The position numbers were made by a program, and so were the translations under genes. Of a stretch of 64,000 nt of DNA, positions 52,300-64,000 are shown in pieces. The stretch is from Nemertoderma westbladi (Eukaryota; Animalia; Xenacoelomorpha). The notes beneath the pieces were generated by a model. That model was not told the DNA's origin. It did not search any database and saw only the letters and a program-made list of their open reading frames with translations. The stretch is from contig JAUCBJ010000015.1 of the NCBI GenBank assembly GCA_032718475.1, forward strand, positions 1 to 64,000. Direction: 5' to 3'. Positions within the stretch are counted from its first letter, which is position 1; every line of letters begins with the position of its first letter.

Positions 52300-53410
52300 T
52301 AGATTTTGCAAATATAAAACAGATATCAGAAATGAAATCGCCGACCCGAAAACATCCGTAGCTAAAATTCCAGATGTGTGTGATTAATTACTATTTTAAT
52401 TATTACATATTGACAGTCAGGTAGAAATCGACAATTGTGCGCGGAAGGTTTAAATTTTTATGAAATATGCATCTTACTCGGAATTATTATTACCTGTGGT
52501 TGCGCCACTCAAAATGATATTCCATCAGGTTTTTAACAAATTGTTTGAAATTTTCAGTCAATAGTCTTGATTTTGGCCAATAAATCTTGTAGAAATAATT
52601 TTGAAATGTAAGTTGCGTTTTGCGCCGATAATTAAAAAAAAATTAAAAAATTTTGTTTTTGTTTAAAATTGCACTTCTGATTAAAATTTCACACTTCTGT
52701 TTATAAGTTTTTATTGGTCAATATCTCAAGACCATTAACTGAAAATTTCAAACAAATGATTAAAAAATGACGGATGAGTCAGTTGACAAAAATCACAAAA
52801 ATTTAGATACAAAAAAAATGGATTGGCGGGAAGTTTAATCCATAAATATCCTCAACTGTGGCTAATGAATTTTATGATTATTTCCATCTCAAACCAGATT
52901 GCTACACCCTAAGGCACTTCTTTATGATACTAGGGGGCATAAGTTTTAGTGGGGGTTGATTGTGTGTGTTCCATTTATTTTAATACATTTCAATTTCTTT
53001 CTTTTCGCTTCATATTATAAAGAACTGCAAGGCACGACAACATATTGGAACAAATTGTTACTAAAGGAGAATTTCCGGAAGAAAGGAATTCAAAGGTGTA
53101 AAAACATAATAGAAAATCTTGGAAGACCCCAAACTACCCCCACTAAATATTGCGGTTTAATGACGCCAAAGTCGAGGTCAATTGCGCAATCCAACAACTA
53201 TGTGTTAGAAAATTAGGGAGGGGGTGGGTTGCTGGGACGATGGTATTCTAGAGGTGATGCTAATTAAATACATATGTAATCTTTAATTTATTAATTATTG
53301 TGACGTGTATGTAGGCCTACGAACCGGTACATGGTTCATTGTGTGATATATCCTTAAATATTGGTCAATCTACACAACCATCTCAACAGAAGGTAGAAAT
53401 AGAGCAAACA

Positions 53411-53424
53411 GTTACCATGGTAAC
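53411..53424. promoter_or_regulatory. Perfect palindromic X-box-like motif upstream of cysteine dioxygenase
   Basis: GTTACCATGGTAAC, 95 bp before the ATG. Confidence 0.45.
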
Positions 53425-53518
53425 CAATATATATGAGCTCTGCAGTAAAGGTAAGACTTGCAGGGCGGATTTACGAACCTGAAAATAATTGTAATTATTA
53501 TCGAAACATTTCTTTGAC

Positions 53519-56500
53519 ATGTCTGGCTTTACTTTAAACTGGGAGGAAATGTTGAGCCGAGTTCGGCAACAGTTTATGTCGGATCCAATCAATGTCGACC
53601 GAATTAAAGAACTCGTTGCGTCGTATCGCAGCTCAGAAGCGGATTGGATGTCGTTCGCTTTGTTCGACAGCGAGCGATACACACGCAATCTCGTAGCCAA
53701 TGGCGACGGTGTATTTAATGTGATCGCTTTGTGTTGGGCACCGGGTCAAGGGTCAGCCATTCACGACCACGCTAATTCACACTGTGTGATGAAGGTAAGA
53801 GTAATTCCCCGCGCACTGCCTGAATACGCTTATAGTATTATTGAGTATTATTATAGTTCCAATTCACATTGGTTAATAATTTATAAGTTTATTGTATCAC
53901 TCACCATATTGGCGGCACTAGTAGGAAGTTACATAAAGGCCAAATTTTCACGTTTTTGATCTTATGGTTAATATTCTAGAACTTATCACTCTTGTTTTGA
54001 TATAAAAAATTCTGGAACATTTTATTTAATCTTCAAGATTAAATATCTTTAATATAATAATAATAAAAATGAAATAACGTATGGTATGTAGGTCCTATTC
54101 TAATTTATAATTTAATGTAGCATTTTAATCAATAATCAACCAAACGTGTTCATTTACAAATTTAGAAATGAAACGGTAGGCGGTAGCCAGTGGGGTATTC
54201 ATGGTAGATATATTGATGTAAGTTGTCAGTGACAAACAGGCAGTATGGGGTCTGACTGGCTGAAAATAGAGCTAGTTGTGGTAAACGTTATTTTATTTAC
54301 AAACAAAGTAATTTTAATTAATTACTAAATATTTTAAGAATAAACAAATGAAATACCAAGTTTATTTCAACTTATTGATTGTTTGTTTATACTACTACTA
54401 CTAGGTCGAGCGAACTCGGACAGTGGAAATGAGATCCTTCCAGGCTTCCCGATTCTCCATAGTTGTCGCAATTTCGTTTCTCCCAAGTTCAGTATCCCTT
54501 TCAAGTTGATCTATATATGTTATGGCCGGTCGTTCACGACTACGCTTTCCATGAGTTGGTTGCCAGAAAAGTAGATCTGGTATGACCTCGTCTTTACTTC
54601 GCCAGCAGTGCCCACTGAATCTTAATCTGCGTTCACGGAGGGTGGTTGATACAGGTGGTATTGTACCATAAACCTCGGCATTTGTCATGTGTTGTCTCCA
54701 GCTGATGTTTAGGGCTGCCCTTAGTAGTCTTGTGTAGCAACCATCAATTCGCTGTTCAAGTGATTTAGTCAGTGTCCAGGTCTCACCCCCGTATAAAAAT
54801 ACACTTTCCACTGTGGCTCGAAAGAACTTGGTCTTCAGGTGCCTGGAAGATCTGATTTCCAGATGGTATCCATTTTTGATAGAGCTTCCCAAGCCTTTAC
54901 TTTCCTAACTTCTATGTCCTTTTTACTACTCTCTATCCATGATCCAATGTACTGGAAGTCGTCAACCTTCATTAGTTGATTATTGTCAATGGTTGTCAAG
55001 TTTCCATCAACATCAAAGGTCATGAATTCGGTCTTGGTAGCATTTATATGCAATCCAACCTCCTTAGCAGCCCTCTCCACTTTATTTAGTAGAAGCTGTG
55101 CATCTACTAGGGTATTAGAGAGCAGGGCGATGTCATCCGCAAAGTCGGTGTCTGTGACTGTAGTTGCCGGATATCTACTACTTCTGCGTTCTTGAAGTGT
55201 GAATCCCTTCACCCTTTGTGGCTGTCCTCATTGCGTAATCCAGCACAATTACAAATAGTAATGGTGCTAATGTGTCACCTTGCAGTACCACAGCCAGGAT
55301 TGAAAAAAACTCAATTTTACCATCTGGTGAGAGTACCTGCGCTTCTGTGTCACAATATAACAATCCAATGCCAGCAACAATTACTTCTGGTATTCCATAA
55401 GCTCTTAGGATTTCAAGCATTTTGCCTCTATGGATGGAGTCGAATGCCTTCTTGAAGTCCACAAAAGTCATGACTGCGGGGAGATTCTTCGACTTAATTC
55501 CTGCAATCAGTCTCCGTAGTGCAAGTATCTGAGCTATTGTTGATCTACTTGGTCGAAATCCGTTTTGGGGCTCTTACGCAGTAGTTTCTCTATGTGATGC
55601 CTAATCCTATATAGAATCATTTTATTGTATATTTTGGCAGCTACGACAAGCAGACGATCCCACGATAGTTTGTTGGTATACCGAGGTCTCCTTTCTTGGG
55701 GAGAGGCTTTAGTCCAAATTGGTGGTGGCTTTTCCCCTTTTAACATCCGGTTGCAAACATTCAATAATGGTCTGTTTAGCACTCCTGTTTTCCATACCTC
55801 CGCTGGGATTTCATCTAATCCACTCGCTTTATTATTGGACATGCTTTTAAAGCTTCTTTGGAGTTCGGCAGGTGTGAAGTCCCCTGTTTCTATAGGTAGT
55901 GTCTTGCCATATATTTTCCTCGTAGGGCTGACCTCGATGTTTGGTGGTTGCCCAAGCAAGTTGCTGAAGTGATTTTTCCACTTCCCAACACGTTCTTCAG
56001 GACTATCGGCTTTGAGGCGCCCCTTTGCACAACTTTTCCGACCAGATATCTCATTTACAGTTTGCCAGGTAAGTCTTGATTGTTGCTGTATGTGAGCAGT
56101 TGTAATTGCTTCAATTTTATCCTGTATGTACTTTTCCTGGCTGATGTTGTAGGCCAATTTAAGATCGTCCTTAGCTTTCTCAACCTTGTTAATGTTTTCT
56201 GTTGTTGGTTGTTCGGTTTTAACTTTGTAGGCTATCTTAAGATCTTCTCTCTTACAAGTAACCTCAGAGTTTTGCCATGGCACATACTGTTTTCGTTTGG
56301 GTTTCTGGGGGATATGCCTCTTAGCTGATTCCTTGTGGGCTGTTATTATATTCTGGTATATTGAATCGGTGGACTGGTCTTCATCCATTGACTGAAGTGC
56401 TTCAAAGCGGTTTTGAACTTCTACTGTATAAGCATCCTTTACTGCATTGTCAGTTCTGAGTTTCTCCCAGTCATAGTTGATTTGCTTGCTTGTCCTGGGT

Positions 56501-59500
56501 TTGCTGGCTCTCAAACTGAGTCTGATCTCTGCAGTCACAATTCTGTGGTCCGAACCAATTAGGTTGAAGGAGCTGTATGCCTCGCAGTTGATCATGCTGT
56601 TTCTCCACTTTTTGTTTATAAGGATGTAATCCAGTTGTGCTTTGGTTCCATTAGGGTATTGAAAGGTCCATAGCTTCCCCTTACTCTTTTCGAATGTGTT
56701 GTTTGTTGGTATCAATTCACATTCTTCCATTAGGTCTAAAAGTAAGTACCCATTTCTGTTAGAACTGGTGTTATAGGTGTAACCCTTGATGTCTTCTGGG
56801 CCTATTTGCGCATTCAGGTCACCAGCAATGACTTTAACATTATGTTTCGGAATATCCTTTATAAGTCCATTCAGATCTTCATAAAACTTGACTTCTTGTT
56901 CTGGCTCTGAGGCATAGGTTGGACTGTAGCAACATATAACTGTTGTCTTGGGATTCCCATCAAATGTTGCGATCATAACCTTGGAATTTATAGATTCGAT
57001 GTTGTTTAGGGTCTTAAGAGCAAATGGGCTTAGCAGAATTCCTACTCCACCAATTGATTCATTGGCCGAGTTTCTTACTGCTGAGCTTGTTACTAACGTC
57101 CATCCATTTCCAATGTCATTGTACTTCATGGCAGTGTCTTCATGACAAATCCGATGTTCTTGGATGCAGATGATGTCGATGTTATATTCCATTGCCAGAG
57201 CGACCATGTCACCCTGTTTGCTATGTGCTTTCAGCGTGCGTGTGTTCATTGTAGCAATCTTTAGTGTCTTTTTACATTTCAACAGGTTGGTTCTTCTTTC
57301 TTCTCTGTCTTCTCTGTTTGATTATAAACTGTATTAAGTCTGCGAAACAAATTAATTTATTGTCTCACTCTTATTGGTTACTTTCTATATTTATTGTCTC
57401 ACTCTTATTGGTTACTTTCTATATTTATTGTCTCACTCTTATTGGTTAATTTCTATATTTATTGTCTCACTCTTATTGGTCACTTTCTATATTTATTGTC
57501 TCACACTTATTGGTTACTTTCTATATTTATTGTCTCACACTTATTGGTTACTTTCTATGTTTATTGTCTCACACTTATTGGTTACTTTCTATATTTATTG
57601 TCTCACACTTATTGGTTACTTTCTATATTTATTGTCTCACACTTATTGGTTACTTTCTATATTTATTGTCTCACACTTATTGGTTACTTTCTATGTTTAT
57701 TGTCTCACTCTTATTGGTTACTTTCTATGTTTATTGTCTCACTTTTATTGGTCACTTTCTATATTTATTGTCTCACTTTTATTGGTTACTTTCTATATTT
57801 ATTGTCTCACACTTATTGGTTACTTTCTATATTTATTTTCTCACTTTTATTGGTTACTTCTCTATGTTTATTGTCTCACACTTATTGGTTACTTTCTATA
57901 TTTATTGTCTCACTCTTATTGGTTACTTTCTATATTTATTGTCTCACTCTTATTGGTTACTTTCTATATTTATTGTCTCACTCTTATTGGTCACTTTCTA
58001 TATTTATTGTCTCACACTTATTGGTTACTTTCTATATTTATTGTCTCACACTTATTGGTTACTTTCTATGTTTATTGTCTCACACTTATTGGTTACTTTC
58101 TATATTTATTGTCTCACACTTATTGGTTACTTTCTATATTTATTGTCTCACACTTATTGGTTACTTTCTATATTTATTGTCTCACACATATTGGTTACTT
58201 TCTATGTTTATTGTCTCACTCTTATTGGTTACTTTCTATGTTTATTGTCTCACTTTTATTGGTCACTTTCTATATTTATTGTCTCACTTTTATTGGTTAC
58301 TTTCTATATTTATTGTCTCACACTTATTGGTTACTTTCTATATTTATTTTCTCACTTTTATTGGTTACTTCTCTATGTTTATTGTCTCACACTTATTGGT
58401 TACTTTCTATATTTATTTTCTCACTTTTATTGGTTACTTCTCTATGTTTATTGTCTCACACTTATTGGTTACTTTCTATATTTATTGTCTCACTCTTATT
58501 TTTTTTCAGCTTCCTCGGGACATTGACAGTATATTATATTATATTCATCTTTAAAAATAACACACAAAGCACCAAAATTACTGGACAAACATAATTCAAC
58601 CACCACCAGCTGTCATTACCAATCACCTAGCAACCGTATGAACACAACAGTAGAATATTGCCTACAGGACTGCAATACCAGTACTGTCTGCAGCTAATAT
58701 TACTATTAATAATATACTGTCTGCAGTCTCACTCTTATTGGTTACTTTCTATATTTATTGTCTCACACTTATTGGTTACTTTCTATATTTATTGTCTCAC
58801 TCTTATTGGTTACTTTCTATATTTATTGTCTCACTCTTATTGGTCACTTTCTATATTTATTGTCTCACTCTTATTGGTTACTTTCTATATTTATTGTCTC
58901 ACACTTATTGGTTACTTTCTATATTTATTGTCTCACTCTTATTGGTTACTTTCTATATTTATTGTCTCACTCTTATTGGTTACTTTCTATGTTTATTGTC
59001 TCACACTTATTGGTTACTTTCTATATTTATTGTCTCACTCTTATTGGTTACTTTCTATATTTATTGTGTCACTCTTATTGGCCACTTTCTATATTTATTG
59101 TCTCACTCTTATTGGTTACTTTCTATATTTATTGTCTCACACTTATTGGTTACTTTCTATATTTATTGTCTCACTCTTATTGGTTACTTTCTATATTTAT
59201 TGTCTCACTCTTATTGGTCACTTTCTATATTTATTGTCTCACTCTTATTGGTTACTTTCTATGTTTATTGTCTCACTCTTATTGGTTACTTTCTATATTT
59301 ATTGTCTCACTCTTATTGGTTACTTTCTATATTTATTGTCTCACACTTATTGGTTACTTTCTATATTTATTGTCTCACTCTTATTGGTTACTTTCTATAT
59401 TTATTGTCTCACTCTTATTGGTCACTTTCTATATTTATTGTCTCACACTTATTGGTTACTTTCTAAATTTATTGTCTCACTTTTATTGGTTACTTTCTAT

Positions 59501-62500
59501 GTTTATTGTCTCACACTTATTGGTTACTTTCTATATTTATTGTCTCACTCTTATTGGTTACTTTCTATGTTTATTGTCTCACTCTTATTGGTCACTTTCT
59601 ATATTTATTGTCTCACTCTTATTGGTCACTTTCTATATTTATTGTCTCACACTTATTGGTTACTTTCTATATTTATTGTCTCACACTTATTGGTTACTTT
59701 CTATATTTATTGCCTCACACTTATTGGTTACTTTCTATATTTATTGTCTCACACTTATTGGTTACTTTCTATGTTTATTGTCTCACTCTTATTGGTCACT
59801 TTCTATATTTATTGTCTCACACTTATTGGTTACTTTCTATATTTATTGTCTCACACTTATTGGTTACTTTCTATATTTATTGTCTCACACTTATTGGTTA
59901 CTTTCTATGTTTATTGTCTCACTCTTATTGGTCACTTTCTATAATTATTGTCTCACTCTTATTGGTTACTTTCTATGTTTATTGTCTCACTCTTATTGGT
60001 TACTTTCTATATTTATTGTCTCACACTTATTGGTTACTTTCTATGTTTATTGTCTCACTCTTATTGGTCACTTTCTATAATTATTGTCTCACTCTTATTG
60101 GTTACTTTCTATGTTTATTGTCTCACTCTTATTGGTTACTTTCTATATTTATTGTCTCACTCTTATTGGTCACTTTCTATATTTATTGTCTCACTCTTAT
60201 TGGTTACTTTCTATATTTATTGTCTCACTCTTATTGGTTACTTTCTATGTTTATTGTCTCACTCTTATTGGTCACTTTCTATATTTATTGTCTCACACTT
60301 ATTGGTTACTTTCTATATTTATTGTCTCACTCTTATTGGTCACTTTCTATATTTATTGTCTCACACTTATTGGTTACTTTCTATATTTATTGTCTCAATC
60401 TTATTGGTTACTTTCTATATTTATTGTCTCACACTTATTGGTTACTTTCTATATTTATTGTCTCACTCTTATTGGTTACTTTCTATATTTATTGTCTCAC
60501 TCTTATTGGTCACTTTCTATATTTATTGTCTCACACTTATTGGTTACTTTCTATATTTATTGTCTCACTCTTATTGGTTACTTTCTATATTTATTGTCTC
60601 ACACTTATTGGTTACTTTCTATATTTATTGTCTCACTCTTATTGGTTACTTTCTATATTTATTGTCTCACACTTATTGGTTACTTTCTATATTTATTGTC
60701 TCACACTTATTGGTTACTTTCTATATTTATTGTCTCACACTTATTGGTTACTTTCTATATTTATTGTCTCACACTTATTGGTTACTTTCTATATTTATTG
60801 TCTCACTCTTATTGGTTACTTTCTATATTTATTGTCTCACTCTTATTGGTTACTTTCTATGTTTATTGTCTCACACTTATTGGTTACTTTCTATATTTAT
60901 TGTCTCACTCTTATTGGTTACTTTCTATATTTATTGTGTCACTCTTATTGGCCACTTTCTATATTTATTGTCTCACTCTTATTGGTTACTTTCTATATTT
61001 ATTGTCTCACACTTATTGGTTACTTTCTATATTTATTGTCTCACTCTTATTGGTTACTTTCTATATTTATTGTCTCACTCTTATTGGTCACTTTCTATAT
61101 TTATTGTCTCACTCTTATTGGTTACTTTCTATGTTTATTGTCTCACTCTTATTGGTTACTTTCTATATTTATTGTCTCACTCTTATTGGTTACTTTCTAT
61201 ATTTATTGTCTCACACTTATTGGTTACTTTCTATATTTATTGTCTCACTCTTATTGGTTACTTTCTATATTTATTGTCTCACTCTTATTGGTCACTTTCT
61301 ATATTTATTGTCTCACACTTATTGGTTACTTTCTAAATTTATTGTCTCACTTTTATTGGTTACTTTCTATGTTTATTGTCTCACACTTATTGGTTACTTT
61401 CTATATTTATTGTCTCACTCTTATTGGTTACTTTCTATGTTTATTGTCTCACTCTTATTGGTCACTTTCTATATTTATTGTCTCACTCTTATTGGTCACT
61501 TTCTATATTTATTGTCTCACACTTATTGGTTACTTTCTATATTTATTGTCTCACACTTATTGGTTACTTTCTATATTTATTGCCTCACACTTATTGGTTA
61601 CTTTCTATATTTATTGTCTCACACTTATTGGTTACTTTCTATGTTTATTGTCTCACTCTTATTGGTCACTTTCTATATTTATTGTCTCACACTTATTGGT
61701 TACTTTCTATATTTATTGTCTCACACTTATTGGTTACTTTCTATATTTATTGTCTCACACTTATTGGTTACTTTCTATGTTTATTGTCTCACTCTTATTG
61801 GTCACTTTCTATAATTATTGTCTCACTCTTATTGGTTACTTTCTATGTTTATTGTCTCACTCTTATTGGTTACTTTCTATATTTATTGTCTCACACTTAT
61901 TGGTTACTTTCTATATTTATTGTCTCACACTTATTGGTTACTTTCTATGTTTATTGTCTCACTCTTATTGGTCACTTTCTATAATTATTGTCTCACTCTT
62001 ATTGGTTACTTTCTATGTTTATTGTCTCACTCTTATTGGTTACTTTCTATATTTATTGTCTCACTCTTATTGGTCACTTTCTATATTTATTGTCTCACTC
62101 TTATTGGTTACTTTCTATATTTATTGTCTCACTCTTATTGGTTACTTTCTATGTTTATTGTCTCACTCTTATTGGTCACTTTCTATATTTATTGTCTCAC
62201 ACTTATTGGTTACTTTCTATATTTATTGTCTCACTCTTATTGGTCACTTTCTATATTTATTGTCTCACACTTATTGGTTACTTTCTATATTTATTGTCTC
62301 AATCTTATTGGTTACTTTCTATATTTATTGTCTCACACTTATTGGTTACTTTCTATATTTATTGTCTCACTCTTATTGGTTACTTTCTATATTTATTGTC
62401 TCACTCTTATTGGTCACTTTCTATATTTATTGTCTCACACTTATTGGTTACTTTCTATATTTATTGTCTCACTCTTATTGGTTACTTTCTATATTTATTG

Positions 62501-62949
62501 TCTCACACTTATTGGTTACTTTCTATATTTATTGTCTCACTCTTATTGGTTACTTTCTATATTTATTGTCTCACTCTTTTTGGTTACTTTCTATATTTAT
62601 TGTCTCACTCTATATTATTTTCTTTATATAGATATTATCCGGGACTCTTGAGGAGACCATCTATGATTGGCCGAAGGTCAACATAAGTTCTTCCATGGTA
62701 ATCAAAAAGACCAATATTCTAAAACTTAACAGTGTGAACTATATATCTGACTCAATAGGTCTGCATAGGATGAGGAACGCTAGTGACGTCACCCCCGCTG
62801 TTAGTCTTCACTTTTACTTCCCGCCAATTAAAACCTGTCTTTCTTTCGAGGAGAGTTCTGGTCATTCGGTTACCGTGACTCCGGGTTTCTGGAGTCGGGA
62901 TGGGATACGAACTCAGTTAAACTCGTCGCCAAAGTCACAAAATATATAA
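53519..62949 (+). CDS. CDO1: Cysteine dioxygenase type 1, 197 aa; exons 53519-53794 and 62632-62949
   Basis: Exon 1 YTRNLV...LCWAPGQGSAIHDHANSHCVMK|gtaaga; exon 2 atag|ILSGTLEETIYDWPK...YISDSIGLHRMRN...PAVSLHFYFPP...GIRT. The three Fe-binding His, the cross-link Cys and the Ser-His-Tyr triad are present; phase-0 GT-AG intron of 8837 bp. Confidence 0.95.
54392..57314 (-). mobile_element. RTE-clade non-LTR retrotransposon (APE endonuclease + RT), frameshifted, probably 5'-truncated, in the CDO intron
   Basis: IATMNTRTL, DIICIQEHR, GVGILL, AGDLNAQIG, QLDYIL, GSDHRIV (endonuclease); FVDFKKAFDSI, VLQGDTLAP, FADDIALL (RT); RRLRFSGHCWR...GKRSR C-terminus; (TAG)n 3' tail; candidate 12-bp TSD TGTTTG[T/A]TTATA at 54380-54391 and 57315-57326; at least three frameshifts. 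Confidence 0.93.
57356..62610. repeat. 34-bp minisatellite TTATTGTCTCACWCTTATTGGTYACTTTCTATRT (~148 copies) in two blocks (57356-58500, 58726-62610) in the CDO intron
   Basis: Directly visible; rare variants recur at a 1870-bp (55-unit) spacing; the array ends 21 nt before CDO exon 2. Confidence 0.97.
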
Positions 62950-64000
62950 ATATTTGTGGTTCGCCAAAAATACATGTACATGATCACAATAAACAACTTA
63001 TCTAACAACCTTACCCACTTACTTAACAATATACAATTGTAGCAGAATTAATTAATTTAGTTGCTAACAATTCCCATGTCAGTGCCATTGGAGAAGGTGG
63101 TGTTACCCCTGAGAATTTGGTTTCTATCTGTTCGCGCTTTTAGACATTTAACAGTTTAACCTGCTAATTTATGTGTCTTATGATGTCTGACAGCCCGCAC
63201 AAAATATGACCACAGTAGAAGCCAGTCTAGCGCGGCGTATGACCCACCGGAGGTGGGAGACTGGATTCTATGGCCGAGAGTGGGGTAGGCTACTTTATAT
63301 TATTCCATTGATCTCTACTATATCTCCAAAAAAACTATGTTTACTTTCAGGGCAATATCAACAGTTCCTTTAGATGCTGCGCTTTAAATATCAGACAGAG
63401 TTTTGACTACTAATATAATGACACTAATACTGAAACACGTTAAGTTGCCGACTGTTACCAATTTTACTCATATATAAGGAGAAACTTAGCTCGCTTAAGT
63501 TGGGGTTTTGAAATAGCATAAAATTCATACAGACCACTGTAATTTCAGCCAAGCAATTGTTACTAATGCTTCCCATTCTGCTTACCTCAATAATAATGAA
63601 CGTTAGGGGGGGTAATTGATTATTCGTACGTATTCTCCAAATATAAACATCCATTGAATATGTTACCAAACAATAATGAATAACAGTATAAAATATGCGG
63701 TGCCGGCAGTTAATCAGCAGTCAGATGTTTGCAGACTGCAACAAAGATTGCAGAATGCGGCAAGTACCGATAATGAATGTGTAGACTGTGTCGAGAGTGA
63801 GTACCGAGAGAGGTGGAGAGAGATAATTTACTATGGTTTTATAACCCTCTGGCCACTGATGGTCTTGGGCAGAAGTCAGAAAGAATGATTTTTGCCGCAC
63901 TGCGACATATTCATATGTAAGCAAGGTTTCAAGAATTGGTAAAGTGAAAATTGTGCTGATTGGCCGGGAAAATAACATAGAGGCTACGGGACAAAGAAAA

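Noticed and set aside
50421-52387. 450-617-aa ORFs on both strands
   Set aside because: All six frames are open because the 28-bp unit lacks stops.
57314-57356. 34-bp satellite as the 5' UTR repeat of the RTE LINE
   Set aside because: The candidate TSD at 57315-57326 places the LINE boundary before the array starts.
59061-62300. 1870-bp higher-order period nearly equal to the LTR length (1875/1861 bp)
   Set aside because: No sequence relationship; 1870 is simply 55 x 34.
57374-62686. Hydrophobic ORFs up to 1041 aa resembling membrane proteins
   Set aside because: Translation of the 34-bp T-rich satellite inside the CDO intron.

Overview
AT-rich eukaryotic (invertebrate animal-like) genomic DNA with spliceosomal introns; no prokaryotic features. 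Host genes: an intronless M13/neprilysin-family peptidase (1634-3931, -), an intronless SRSF3/7-like SR protein with a 1-nt frameshift (32575-33232, +), a complete 7-exon ZMYND10 (40726-49827, +) and a complete 2-exon cysteine dioxygenase (53519-62949, +). Mobile DNA: a 10.6-kb BEL/Pao LTR element with a 5-bp TSD that keeps decayed Gag-protease but has no recognisable RT/RNaseH/integrase, a decayed RTE-type LINE, a 2.1-kb TIR element with a 4-bp TSD, MITEs and fold-back elements. Seven unrelated minisatellites fill roughly 30% of the window. Most notable: (1) two minisatellites are built from the 3' splice signals of real exons (the acceptor of ZMYND10 exon 6; the probable branch-point region of CDO exon 2); (2) the BEL element has no tRNA-like PBS, but its first 10 internal nt are exactly complementary to a 10-mer inside its own LTR, as in Tf1-style self-priming; (3) TA-flanked palindromes (TAGGCCTA, TACCGGTA, TACAGTA) are strongly over-represented and may be transposon excision footprints. 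All calls were made by eye without database searches; copy numbers and identities are estimates.
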